DNA of 64,000 nt from Desulfatiglandales bacterium (GCA_963667015.2 CAXXJJ010000004.1:2752001-2816000); one strand, 5' to 3'. Positions 23,668-33,686 are shown, numbered from the stretch's first letter. Notes: a model not told the origin generated them from the letters alone. Numbers and translations are program-made.

Positions 23668-23881
23668 GGGATCAGAGATCAGAAGTCAGAGGTCAGAGGT
23701 CAGCCACCAAGTCACAAAGACACCAAGTTTTTTATTACTTTAAAAACTTTAAAACTGTTTGACAGGATCTACATGATTTTCAGGATTTTGTTTTCTTTAA
23801 AAAAATATCCAGTCTATCATGTCAATCCTGTCTGAATATTATTTTTATTCGTTTTTCTTCGTGACTTTGGGTCTTCGTGGC
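23668..23881. repeat. heptamer run plus two-layer nested palindromic element
   Basis: GATCAGAGATCAGAAGTCAGAGGTCAGAGGTCAG, then GCCACCAAGTCACAAAGACACC [GACAGGAT...ATCCTGTC] CTTCGTGACTTTGGGTCTTCGTGGC. Confidence 0.88.
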
Positions 23882-23895
23882 CTATATTTGTTTTT

Positions 23896-24687
23896 TCAGA
23901 AATGCAAAACAACAACTTCAGGCCTTCTAAACAACCTGAACCGAACATGGCTCGTCCCGATCCCCCGGCTTACATACATCATTTTATTTTCTTCTTTATA
24001 TAATCCATGGTCATATCTTGCATTTTTTTCATACCCCAGCAAATCCCACAACCATGAAGGTAAAGGAATCTGCCCGCCATGAGTATCTCCACTGAGTATT
24101 AAGATTTCATCATTACTTTCAATTTCGCCAAAAAATAATGGGCTGTGACTTAAAACAATATCAGCACAGGCTATATCAGCATCTCCATCTTCATAACCTT
24201 CATCAATACCAGCGATCGTGACCGTCTCTTTTTCCAGGACAATATCAATTTTACTGTTTCTTAAAAACTTAACCGGATGCTGTTCTGTAAATTTACCTGT
24301 ATCTTTTTCATGACAAAACAGACAGCTTTTCCTTGAATTGCTGTAATCATAATCTCCCATTACAGCATAAATACCTTCTTTTGCCTTTAACTGAGATAAA
24401 AAGAATAATGCAGGTTCATAGTTTCCGGACCACTTAACAAAATCCCCGGTTAAAAATATAAAATCAGGTTTGATCTCATCCAGCAGGTTTAACAACTTCT
24501 TTTCAAGAACTCCTATCTCCTTAATATGGATATCAGACAAGTGAACCGCTGTTTTACCCTTCAGGGCAGTAATATCAGGATACAGATGAGTCACTTCCAG
24601 ATTATCAGGCTCAATAAAATAGCCATATGTGGCAATACACGCTAGAAGAGAAAGGAAAATAAATAGGGTTAATTTTATTCTTTTCAT
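23896..24687 (-). CDS. metallophosphoesterase (YkuE-like)
   Basis: SDIH, TGDF, GDYD (in place of GNHD), LSH, GDTHGGQI, SRGIG. Confidence 0.9.
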   Translation of the reverse strand: MKRIKLTLFIFLSLLACIATYGYFIEPDNLEVTHLYPDITALKGKTAVHLSDIHIKEIGVLEKKLLNLLDEIKPDFIFLTGDFVKWSGNYEPALFFLSQLKAKEGIYAVMGDYDYSNSRKSCLFCHEKDTGKFTEQHPVKFLRNSKIDIVLEKETVTIAGIDEGYEDGDADIACADIVLSHSPLFFGEIESNDEILILSGDTHGGQIPLPSWLWDLLGYEKNARYDHGLYKEENKMMYVSRGIGTSHVRFRLFRRPEVVVLHF

Positions 24688-24702
24688 ATTGGTTTTATAT
24701 CA

Positions 24703-24788
24703 GCCACTAAGTCACAAAGACACAAGGTTAAAACTTCTGTTTTTATTAAGATATTTTTGTTTTCTCTGCGACTTAGCGTCTTTGTGGC
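24703..24788. repeat. single-layer (outer only) palindromic element
   Basis: GCCACTAAGTCACAAAGACACAAG / CTCTGCGACTTAGCGTCTTTGTGGC. Confidence 0.85.
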
Positions 24789-24813
24789 AATATTTTTTAT
24801 AAATGATCCGATG

Positions 24814-26370
24814 CTAATTTGCCGCTAATTCCCGCAACTGCTTAATACACAGACTGTTCAGGGCCACAGCCCTCTCGTTTGTGTCTGCTTCGGTGTAGCA
24901 TCTGAATTCCGGGGCATTGCCGGATGGGCGCAGGTGTACCACTTCCCGGTTTTCAAAGGTGATCCGGATACCGTCAGTGCGATCAATAGATGACACCTTG
25001 CCGCATATCTCGCTAAACTGCTGTTCGATAACAGCGTGATCAGTATCTTCGACGCCTGTAGTGAATCTCTCAAGGATAGCTCGACTCTTTTCCAGGGGAA
25101 ACTCTTTGAGCCGATCACTGAAGGTAAAACGCTGGGGCAGGGTCTTTACCAAATCGGATATGCTGCATCCCTGCTCACGTGCCAGTAATATGACTGATAT
25201 TTGCAGTATTACAGCATCACGGGTGGGCAGTGCTGCCAGAGTCCTGCCAAAACGACGCAGCGCACTGCTGGTTAAAAAGCCGCCGTTGGCTTCGTATCCA
25301 ACGACCATTTGCGCACCGGCAGACACCGCGTCATTCATTGAGGCAATCACAAAGGGAGAACCTATTTTCGTTCTGTTCACTTTATTAAAGTAATTACATA
25401 TTTCAACTGCAGAATTACAGCTCACAGGCGTACTTACCGAATCGGCGCCTAGGTATCTGGCGGCAAGAATTCCCGACACATCTCCCCTGATCCATGTGCC
25501 TTTTTCGTCTGAAATCAGGGGCCGGTCACTGTCGCCATCCGTAGATACAACAGTAAAATAATCTCCTTTGCTGCACCATTTTTGAGAGAGGGCGACATCT
25601 TCTTCGCGAATAGCTTCCGTATCCACCGGAATAAACATTTCCGAACGTTCAAGCGGTGTAACAGTTGCCCCCAGTCCGCGGTAAATCTCCACAAGGATAT
25701 CCCGCCCCACTGCTGAATGCTGGTAAACACCAATATGCAGGCCCGAAAGGCAATCTTCAGGAAAGAAATCAAGGTATCTGGAAATATATGCCTTTCGGGC
25801 AGAATCATCAATGCCGGGTATCGGCCAGGGATTGAAAAAACAGCCTTTCTCATCAAATAAACTGCTGTCGATATCCACCTCCTGCTCACGAATTCCTGTT
25901 TCATCTTCTTTCAGTATTTCGCCTGCCGGTTTATTGAATTTTATACCATTGCGGTCTGCAGGAATATGACTTCCGGTTACCATAATTGCCGGGATACGAT
26001 CTGCTATCCCCTTCAGGGCGACAGCCGGGGAGGGGATTTTTCCGCAGTTGATCGGAACATATCCATAATCCAATGCCGCTTTGCCCACTGCGGCCATGAT
26101 CTGGTCTGTGCTGGGACGAAAATCTCCTGCAATCGCAACCTGAGCACCTTTCTGGATGTCTCTGTTTAACTCCAGATACTGCAGAAATCCCATGGTATAA
26201 GTGTAACATACCTGGTCAGTCATCTGCTCAGCCAGCCCCCGCGCACCACTGGTGCCAAAATTCACATCACTCTTTTCCATTAAATCCTTAATACGAATTT
26301 TCACGTTGCTTCCACTCCTTTTATCAGTATTCGCTGGAGAATGATTTGAATTAATTATTATAATTGCCAT
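24814..26370 (-). CDS. phosphomannomutase/phosphoglucomutase
   Basis: FGTSGARG, TGSHIP, DGDSDR, GYEANGG, LRPSGNAPE. The true start is probably 26304 or 26280. Confidence 0.94.
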   Translation of the reverse strand: MAIIIINSNHSPANTDKRSGSNVKIRIKDLMEKSDVNFGTSGARGLAEQMTDQVCYTYTMGFLQYLELNRDIQKGAQVAIAGDFRPSTDQIMAAVGKAALDYGYVPINCGKIPSPAVALKGIADRIPAIMVTGSHIPADRNGIKFNKPAGEILKEDETGIREQEVDIDSSLFDEKGCFFNPWPIPGIDDSARKAYISRYLDFFPEDCLSGLHIGVYQHSAVGRDILVEIYRGLGATVTPLERSEMFIPVDTEAIREEDVALSQKWCSKGDYFTVVSTDGDSDRPLISDEKGTWIRGDVSGILAARYLGADSVSTPVSCNSAVEICNYFNKVNRTKIGSPFVIASMNDAVSAGAQMVVGYEANGGFLTSSALRRFGRTLAALPTRDAVILQISVILLAREQGCSISDLVKTLPQRFTFSDRLKEFPLEKSRAILERFTTGVEDTDHAVIEQQFSEICGKVSSIDRTDGIRITFENREVVHLRPSGNAPEFRCYTEADTNERAVALNSLCIKQLRELAAN

Positions 26371-26463
26371 ATCGTGTATCTGAAATGATTAGCTTTTTTA
26401 TCGGAAGGAATAATACCTTTTTGCTTATCATCATGACCTTGTGCCTTCGTGGCAATTTATTTT

Positions 26464-26850
26464 TTAGATGAGAAACAATCCCGGAATATGTTGGAAATGA
26501 ACATCTTTTGTAAATAATTTCAAACCATTCTGAAAAGCCACAGCGGCAATCCAGATATCATTTGTAGGGACTGGTTTTCCAATTTTTCTAAGGCTACATA
26601 ATATCTGAGCGTAAAATTCAGCAGTACCCTCACCTGCTTGATAAACAATAACCCTGGGGCTGTCAAGAAATTGGTCAAGTTCTTTTCGATTTTTCTTTTC
26701 CAGACCTCCAAGCCTGAATCCGGTCAGTAATTCACCGATGCTAATTATTGAGATACCTATTTCATCTGTTTCACGAAGGATCTCAACTACACCCTCATCT
26801 CCCTTCAGAGCATGGGAATATATATTTGTATCGATCAGGATTCTTTTCAT
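26464..26850 (-). CDS. vapC: VapC PIN-domain toxin
   Basis: ILIDTNIY, SIGEL, PTNDIWIAA, TKDVHF; ATGA overlap with the antitoxin. Confidence 0.93.
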   Translation of the reverse strand: MKRILIDTNIYSHALKGDEGVVEILRETDEIGISIISIGELLTGFRLGGLEKKNRKELDQFLDSPRVIVYQAGEGTAEFYAQILCSLRKIGKPVPTNDIWIAAVAFQNGLKLFTKDVHFQHIPGLFLI

Positions 26851-27107
26851 TGCCACAATTCCTGATCAATATCTCGTTGATTTTCAATAGAATTTTGTAT
26901 CTTGAGAAATTCATCTTCAGACCACTTCCCAAAAAGATGATCAAGATCTTTATATTTTTTCGAATACTTTTTCTTTTTCTCACCATCGATATTTCGATCA
27001 ATCAATTCAAGTAAATATCTGTTAACGCTTTTACCCTCTTCTTTAGCTGATTCTTTTAATTTTTCAGAAATATCATTGTCAATTCCTCGTATAGTAATCG
27101 CTTTCAT
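26847..27107 (-). CDS. RHH-type antitoxin (VapB/FitA-like)
   Basis: MKAITIRGID...A..EGKSVN; directly upstream of vapC. Confidence 0.88.
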   Translation of the reverse strand: MKAITIRGIDNDISEKLKESAKEEGKSVNRYLLELIDRNIDGEKKKKYSKKYKDLDHLFGKWSEDEFLKIQNSIENQRDIDQELWQ

Positions 27108-27197
27108 GACCTGCCTCCAAAATGATCTCACTTTTTGCTATCATAATGCAACTATTATATAAATGCACAATTGAATTGTCAAATTGAATTATCTCTG

Positions 27198-27437
27198 GCC
27201 ACAAAGGCACTGAGACACTAAGTATTTAATTTATTTTCTATTAATATTATATTTTTGTATTTACTTTGTATACTCTGTGAGCTATGCGAGAGCAGTGTTT
27301 TTGATTTTCTTTGCCTGCCTCAATGAAGAATAAAATGCTAAATTTAAGGAATGGGTATGTGAACCATTATATTTGATGATAAATGATACCTTTTGCTTCT
27401 CATCCGGAAAAGTAATAAATATATTCTGTCTATTCTG
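27198..27437. repeat. degenerate nested element, left part
   Basis: GCCACAAAGGCACTGAGACACTAAG ... ATGATACCTTTTGCTTCTCATCCGGAAAAG. A right-end fragment of the same family lies at ~26401-26453. Confidence 0.65.
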
Positions 27438-27489
27438 GATACTATGTGAAATTCTAAGAATATTTCCAAATGGTTAATCCCTGGCCTAG

Positions 27490-29482
27490 CCCGACTTTCG
27501 CTATTCGGGGAAGAAATTGACAAAAAGCACGATATTTTAAGCTGTAAGTAATTGAAAACACGATAGTGAGGATTTGAAAACCGGTTGTAGTGAAGACCTA
27601 CCCCCTTGCAATATATGATAATGGTTGCGAGAATGTGGGTATGTACCTAAGATCAACAAACCGAAGAAAAGACGGAAAGACACACCGATATTACAGCGTT
27701 GTCGAAAGCCGACGAGTAAGAGATGGCAGAAGTGTGCAAAAGACTTTATTGTACCTGGGAGAAATCAACGACAGTCAGAAAACCGGATGGACCAGGGCTA
27801 TAGAAATTGTTGAAGGCAAAGAGAACCGGCAGATGTCCTTGTTTCCTGAGGACAGAGAAATCCCGGAAGGAGTTGAAAACAGCGTTCAGTTAATAATGAG
27901 CAAGCTGGAGCTTAGCCGTCCAAGGCAATGGGGAGCCTGTTGGCTTGCCTGTGAATTATGGAAGCTTTTAGGATTATCGGAGTTCTGGAAAGATCGATTA
28001 GGTATAAGTAGAAAAGGTACAAGGTGGCGCAATGTACTCCAAACCCTAGTAACATACCGTTTAATTGACCCTGGCAGCGAATGGCGTCTTCACAGATATT
28101 GGTATGATAATAGCGCCATGGGGGATCTGCTGGGAGAAGACTTCAGGATAGCAGGAAAAGATACATTGTACAGATGTCATGATAAGCTTTTGGAACATAA
28201 AGATGAGCTGTTCAGGCATTTAAGAAAGAAATGGGAAAATCTGTTTGATACAAAATTTGAAATTCTTTTGTACGATCTGACCAGTACATATTTTGAAAGT
28301 AATCCGCCCTTTCAGGGAAAGAGACAGTTTGGTTATAGCAGAGACAAACGTAATGATTGCGTGCAGGTAGTCATAGCCCTGGTGGTTACACCTGAAGGAT
28401 TTCCCCTTGCATATGAAGTGTTGCCCGGAAATACACAGGACAAACAGACATTACGCGGGATGCTTGAACACATAGGCAGGTGCTATGGAACTGCTGACCG
28501 CATCTGGATTATGGACAGAGGGATACCAACCGAAGAGGTTCTAAAGGAGATGCGTGAATCAGAGTCTCCGGTATATTATCTGGTAGGGACACCCCGGGGA
28601 CATCTGTCCCGGTATGAAACAGCGCTTTCGGAAAAGCTATGGAATAAAGTAAGAGAAAAGGTAAGGGTAAAGTTCTTATCAGAAGACAAAGATCTCTACA
28701 TCCTTGCAGAAAGTGATGATCGTCGTAAAAAGGAAAGGGGTATCCGTCTGGGCAAACTAATGCGTTTTATATCCAGGCTGAAAGAGTTAAGGAGTCAAAA
28801 AACAATAGACAGGGATAAACTGCTTAAAAAGATAGGAGCCGCAGAAAAGGATGCAGGCCGTTTTGCACGTGTGCTGGATATAACGATTCCCGGTATAAAC
28901 GAGCCAGTCAATGAAGATACATTTTTCTGGAGGATTAATCTCAGCAGATATCGTAAGCTTTACAGGCGAGATGGAAGATACCTCTTGCGGACCAACCAGA
29001 GTGGTGCTGAGCCTGGGAAGTTGTGGGAGCAGTACATATTGTTGACGGAAGTGGAGGAAGCTTTTCGTAATTTGAAAGGAGACTTATCGGTTCGGCCAAT
29101 ATATCACCAGCTTGAAGAACGAATAGATGCTCATATATTTGTATCATTTCTTGCATATTGCCTGCATGTGACTCTTCGTAAGCTGGCCCGGACATACGCA
29201 CCTGGCCTGACACCTCGATCGATTCTGGAACAGCTGAAAGTCATTCAGATGATAGATGTGCATGTTCCAACCACCGATGGCCGAGAGTTGAGAATGTCCA
29301 GGTATACCAGACCTGACAAGGCCCAACAACTCCTTCTGGACAGGCTCAAATTTAAATTACCTCCCCAGCCTCCACCTGAAATATCGATGGGATCAGATAC
29401 GTCTGTAGTGAAGACTTTTTAAATTTTACCCCCTGTTTTCAATGGGTTATTTTTTTATAGCCCTCTAATAGCGAAAGTCGGG
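27490..29482 (+). mobile_element. IS1634 family insertion sequence
   Basis: Perfect 16-bp terminal IRs CCCGACTTTCGCTATT / AATAGCGAAAGTCGGG; flanks CTAG / TTAG; single DDE transposase. Confidence 0.93.
27641..29422 (+). CDS. IS1634 family transposase
   Basis: LYDLTSTYFE, FGYSRDKR, IMDRGI, VEEAFRNLK.DL..RPIYH. Confidence 0.95.
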   Translation: MYLRSTNRRKDGKTHRYYSVVESRRVRDGRSVQKTLLYLGEINDSQKTGWTRAIEIVEGKENRQMSLFPEDREIPEGVENSVQLIMSKLELSRPRQWGACWLACELWKLLGLSEFWKDRLGISRKGTRWRNVLQTLVTYRLIDPGSEWRLHRYWYDNSAMGDLLGEDFRIAGKDTLYRCHDKLLEHKDELFRHLRKKWENLFDTKFEILLYDLTSTYFESNPPFQGKRQFGYSRDKRNDCVQVVIALVVTPEGFPLAYEVLPGNTQDKQTLRGMLEHIGRCYGTADRIWIMDRGIPTEEVLKEMRESESPVYYLVGTPRGHLSRYETALSEKLWNKVREKVRVKFLSEDKDLYILAESDDRRKKERGIRLGKLMRFISRLKELRSQKTIDRDKLLKKIGAAEKDAGRFARVLDITIPGINEPVNEDTFFWRINLSRYRKLYRRDGRYLLRTNQSGAEPGKLWEQYILLTEVEEAFRNLKGDLSVRPIYHQLEERIDAHIFVSFLAYCLHVTLRKLARTYAPGLTPRSILEQLKVIQMIDVHVPTTDGRELRMSRYTRPDKAQQLLLDRLKFKLPPQPPPEISMGSDTSVVKTF

Positions 29483-30049
29483 TTAGAACATAGCACAACT
29501 GCATCGACAAGGACTTTTTATACAAATTCGTCAATGAATACTTTTCATTTGCTCGGGGAATTAATTTTAACCGAGTGCAGACCATCAGAAGCCAGGGCAT
29601 TCAGGAAAATTGATATCAAAACCACACATATAAATTTTGCTGTTACATTCGGAAGGAATGAAGAATTAAAAGAAGTAAAAGGAAAAAAGGTTATGCCGTT
29701 CCCTTTGACTGAGGCATTGTAAGAATTATTTGATTCAATGAAAAAGTCCCTGGGAATATATCAATTTCCAAATCCGGAAACAGGAAGGCCATATTCAAAA
29801 AATATAAATAGAATATTCAATAGAGCAGCTAAAAAAGCTGGAATTGATATTACATTAAATGAATGGGGAAAAAAATCTTTTGCTATGCAGGCGTTGCAAT
29901 CAATTGAAAAAGGAATGGTAAGTCACTTATTGAGACATCAAGATCCAAGAATGATTGATCATTATACAGAATATCAGATAGAGCCTTTGAAGAGCGCACT
30001 TGATAAGATACAGGCAATAGGTACGAAAAGAATAAAAAATTCAAGTTAA
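29483..30049 (+). pseudogene. tyrosine integrase catalytic-domain remnant
   Basis: ORFs 29534..29722 and 29738..30049 share a frame split by TAA; motifs TECRPSEARA, GKKSFA, LLRHQDPRMIDHY; 5' part missing at the IS1634. Confidence 0.8.
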
Positions 30050-30260
30050 ATAATATCAGTAGTATTAATTGGATTTAACATTTGTAAAGGTTTTTGAAAC
30101 AACTGCGTATGCATTTTTACGTACTGTGCCCATAAAGTAATTGTGTTGCTGAGATCCCCTTATTGACTGCCAGTTATTACATGGTTTACGGCATTCGATT
30201 AAAATAATATCTCCTTCTATAGCATCACCGTGATTTCGGTTTACTTTATGTTCCTTCCTT

Positions 30261-30674
30261 CTAATCGAGTGCGACAATTTTACCCTCTTGCTCAAGTTCT
30301 TCACATGCTTGAACAATCATTGGAAGAGGAAAATTAAATTCATCCATCAATTCTCCATAGTCAATATTTTCACCATGCTTTTTATCAAAATAGTCTTTAA
30401 TAATTACTTTCATTTCTTCTAATGAATAATTTTGTACTGGAATAACGTGATTATCGTCATGGGCTTGTGTTTGTTGGATCATTTGAATCCACCTTCCAAT
30501 ATTGTAGCCGATTACAAGGCTTGTTTGAGATATTGCATTGTAATTATTTTTAAGCAATTCCCGTGCCACTATCCCATTTTGACCTGCAAAATCCCAAGGA
30601 GTATCTCTATTGAACATTATCGGTTCTCTCTTTAATATTCTTGAAAGTTTTATCATATTCGTCAGCTTTTTCAA
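30261..30674 (-). CDS. hypothetical protein with C-terminal winged-helix-like segment
   Basis: ORF; the true start is likely near 30620, overlapping the upstream stop. Confidence 0.6.
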   Translation of the reverse strand: MKKLTNMIKLSRILKREPIMFNRDTPWDFAGQNGIVARELLKNNYNAISQTSLVIGYNIGRWIQMIQQTQAHDDNHVIPVQNYSLEEMKVIIKDYFDKKHGENIDYGELMDEFNFPLPMIVQACEELEQEGKIVALD

Positions 30675-30966
30675 TTAGCCAAGCAGCTATTGACCTTGCA
30701 ACTATTGGATCAATCGAAATTCCGCAAAATACATTTCTAATAACCGAATCTTTTGAGTCTATTAACGATGGGCCTTTACCTAAAGAACCATCGGGGTTTA
30801 AAGCAAAAGTTTCTTTCTTTGGTATAGCCCTTCTTTCACTATAAAAATTCATCATAATACGACCATCAGCGCTTAATCCGCCGTGGACACCATTAGCAAT
30901 ATAAATGTTATATGAGGGAAGTATTTTATACTCAAAAGACAAATCTTTAGGTATTTTCATGGCCAT
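30607..30966 (-). CDS. hypothetical protein
   Basis: 119-aa ORF with GGAG SD; NGVHGG...MNFYSERRAIP. Confidence 0.7.
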   Translation of the reverse strand: MAMKIPKDLSFEYKILPSYNIYIANGVHGGLSADGRIMMNFYSERRAIPKKETFALNPDGSLGKGPSLIDSKDSVIRNVFCGISIDPIVARSIAAWLIEKADEYDKTFKNIKERTDNVQ

Positions 30967-31444
30967 CTATCTCCCGTTTTTTTTGATTGTAAAAGGGAAT
31001 TAAACACAAATGAAAAATATTGTCAAATTAGTTTATTATGAGCTTGGCATTAATTAATTTCTTAGAATTATTTATTACTATAACATATTTTAAAATTATT
31101 CCTATAAATATAATATTTGCCACAAATATGACGTAAAAACAAAGCTAAGTCATTGAAATAATGGCGGAGAGGGTGTCTGCTTTTTACCTGTTTTATCCTG
31201 TTTTATTATGTCTCTTTAAGTATCCTATTTAACTACATAAATAAGATATATTATTTAATTCCTGTCTTTTTTTGTTGCAATCTGTATCTATTAATTGTAA
31301 TTTTTATGGTGTAACTAATGGGTGAACATTTTTTTAGTCATATTTATTCACATTATATTATTTTATTTTAAAGTGTGTGAAGTTCGATTCAAAAGTCTCC
31401 GCCATAATTTTTGTAAACATAAAACAACTAAAAGGACATCAATT

Positions 31445-32689
31445 ATGCCAAAAAAAGTAGAAGATTTAAAAGCTATTGAAATAAAGCGAATCACAAAACC
31501 GGGCAGGCATGCTGTTGGAAATGTTCCCGGATTAATATTATTTGTTAAACCCACTGGAACCCGATCTTGGATATATAGAACCATGTTCGGAAATAAACGG
31601 CTTAATATAGGTTTGGGCGGATATCCTCAAGTATCCCTTGCTAAAGCTAAAGAAAAAGCCAATGAGGCAAAAAGCCTTATTGATAAAGGGATTAATCCCA
31701 TAGAAAGGAAGATGGAAATCAGACAGGCAGTTATTGCCTCACAGAATGGTAGGATGACTTTTGCAAAAGCAGCACAGTTATGCCACGAAATGAAATCATC
31801 GGAGTTTAAGAACGTTAAGCACGTTAAACAATGGATCGCAACATTGGAGACTTACGCATTTCCCATTATAGGACGTATACCAGTTGATGAAATAGATTTG
31901 CCTCATGTTCTACAGGTACTTGAACCAATCTGGCAGGATAAGACCGAAACGGCAACAAGGTTGCGTCAGAGGATAGAGGCGGTATTAACTTGGGCCACAG
32001 TCTCAAAATACAGGACGGGTGATAATCCTGCCAGATGGAAAGGAAACCTCTCTGAAGTTCTCCCAAAACCGAACAAAATCAAAACTGTTAAACACATGCC
32101 AGCTCTTCCCTATAAGGAAATAAACACCTTTATGACTGCCCTAAGAAAAATGGAAGGCTTAGGAGCCAGAGCACTTGAACTTATCGTCTTGACGGCTTGT
32201 AGGTCTTCTGAATGCAGATTTGCTACATGGGACGAAATAGACTTTCAGGAAAAAGCCTGGACAATTCCAGCCGAAAGGATGAAAGCGGAAAAAGAACACA
32301 GAATACCACTGACAGCCGATGCAATAAAACTATTAAATGACCTTCCCAGATTTGAAGGAAGCAATTATTTGTTTACCGCTCCGAAAGGTGGGCCTATCAG
32401 CGATATGACAATATCTGCCGTATGTCGGAGAATGCAGATTAATGTAGTGCCTCATGGTTTTCGCTCTACTTTCCGGGATTGGGCAGCAGAGACAACAAAC
32501 TTTCCGCGGGAGGTATGCGAACAGGCACTCGCTCATACTTTAGATAGCAAGGTTGAAGCGGCATACAGGCGCGGTGATTTATTCAATAAGCGAGTAAAAT
32601 TAATGGAATCATGGAATGATTACATCAATAAAAAACAAGATGAATCTGCAAAGGTTATTCAGATCAGGGAGGCCAAAGGCCATGTGTAA
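31445..32689 (+). CDS. P4-like tyrosine integrase with arm-binding domain
   Basis: GLGGYPQVSLAKA, TACRSSE, RMKAEKEH, HGFRSTFRDW, ALAH, AYRR. Confidence 0.96.
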   Translation: MPKKVEDLKAIEIKRITKPGRHAVGNVPGLILFVKPTGTRSWIYRTMFGNKRLNIGLGGYPQVSLAKAKEKANEAKSLIDKGINPIERKMEIRQAVIASQNGRMTFAKAAQLCHEMKSSEFKNVKHVKQWIATLETYAFPIIGRIPVDEIDLPHVLQVLEPIWQDKTETATRLRQRIEAVLTWATVSKYRTGDNPARWKGNLSEVLPKPNKIKTVKHMPALPYKEINTFMTALRKMEGLGARALELIVLTACRSSECRFATWDEIDFQEKAWTIPAERMKAEKEHRIPLTADAIKLLNDLPRFEGSNYLFTAPKGGPISDMTISAVCRRMQINVVPHGFRSTFRDWAAETTNFPREVCEQALAHTLDSKVEAAYRRGDLFNKRVKLMESWNDYINKKQDESAKVIQIREAKGHV

Positions 32690-33275
32690 AAACTCCGATA
32701 ACTTTGAGTCAAATGGAATGTTGGCAGAGCATTTACCTAGAGAAGGTCAGGGGCGTGAAGAGATGAAACAGTTTTATTCCTGGGACTTTGATGCGGCATG
32801 GGCGGCACAAGAAGAATGGGAAAAACTTCAAACACCTGGCCGGGGTCCTTTCGAGCGGTGGACAGGGGCACAAGAACTTAGAGAGTTATATGATATTTTC
32901 TTGAAGGGAAAAAAGGGGGCCATTATTGAAGCTTTGTATATTTGTTCTCTTAATTCTCTACCACTCCCCTATTGGTGTGAGCTAGCCTTTCTTGATGCTT
33001 ATCGGGATGTGCGGCAATATCGTTCTAAAAGCTGGGATGATGTTTTTGGAGTTCCTCATGAAAAAGGTACACATTTAGATACAAAAAAAGAACAGCGTGA
33101 AAAACGTTTTCTTGTTTATAAAAGAATTGAAGAAATCAAAGAGCAAAATCCTGGAATACCTATAGATGGTCATCTTTTCGAGACGGTAGGGCGTGAATTG
33201 GGTATAGGTTCAAAAACTAAAATAGAAACCATGTATTATAAGGAAAAGAAATTCCGAGAAAAACATAAAAGATAA
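32682..33275 (+). CDS. hypothetical protein (int-adjacent, possible C-terminal HTH)
   Basis: ORF overlapping the int stop; GGAGG SD before ATG 32682. Confidence 0.7.
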   Translation: MCKNSDNFESNGMLAEHLPREGQGREEMKQFYSWDFDAAWAAQEEWEKLQTPGRGPFERWTGAQELRELYDIFLKGKKGAIIEALYICSLNSLPLPYWCELAFLDAYRDVRQYRSKSWDDVFGVPHEKGTHLDTKKEQREKRFLVYKRIEEIKEQNPGIPIDGHLFETVGRELGIGSKTKIETMYYKEKKFREKHKR

Positions 33276-33389
33276 AAACCCATTCCCAAAATAATTTAAA
33301 AACTTTCGGGAATACCTTTTTGTTACATCCTGCCAAAATCCGTTCAGTTAATAACTGTTACGGATTTTTTTTTATCGGGAGGTATCGAA

Positions 33390-33578
33390 ATGAACAATTT
33401 ATTTTTAACAGATTTACAAACAGGGCAAAGATATGGCGTCGGCAGGGGCACTGTCTGGCGATGGTTTAACCAGGGTAATTTCCCTGCTCCTGTCAAACTC
33501 AGTCCTGGCTGCACCCGATGGCGATTGTCAGACCTTGAAGCATGGGAAAATCAAAAGGCAGAGGCAAAGGCAGCATAA
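33390..33578 (+). CDS. alpA: AlpA family regulator/excisionase
   Basis: YGVGRGTVWRW...FPAPVKLSPGCTRWRLSDL. Confidence 0.93.
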   Translation: MNNLFLTDLQTGQRYGVGRGTVWRWFNQGNFPAPVKLSPGCTRWRLSDLEAWENQKAEAKAA

Positions 33579-33686
33579 TGAAAAAAATATCGAAAATCTT
33601 GACCGGCGCGGGCCTGGGAACCCGTGAAAAAAATATCTTCTATTCCCTGGGAGGTATCCGGTCAGGGCTATTAACAGGGAAAAAAG

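Noticed and set aside
14989..24788. Short repeats read as a CRISPR array
   Set aside because: Units are 7-10 nt, degenerate and inverted, with no unique spacers and no cas genes.
30065..30316. 83-aa ORF after the two hypothetical genes
   Set aside because: It overlaps the preceding gene, has no recognisable motif and no clear SD.
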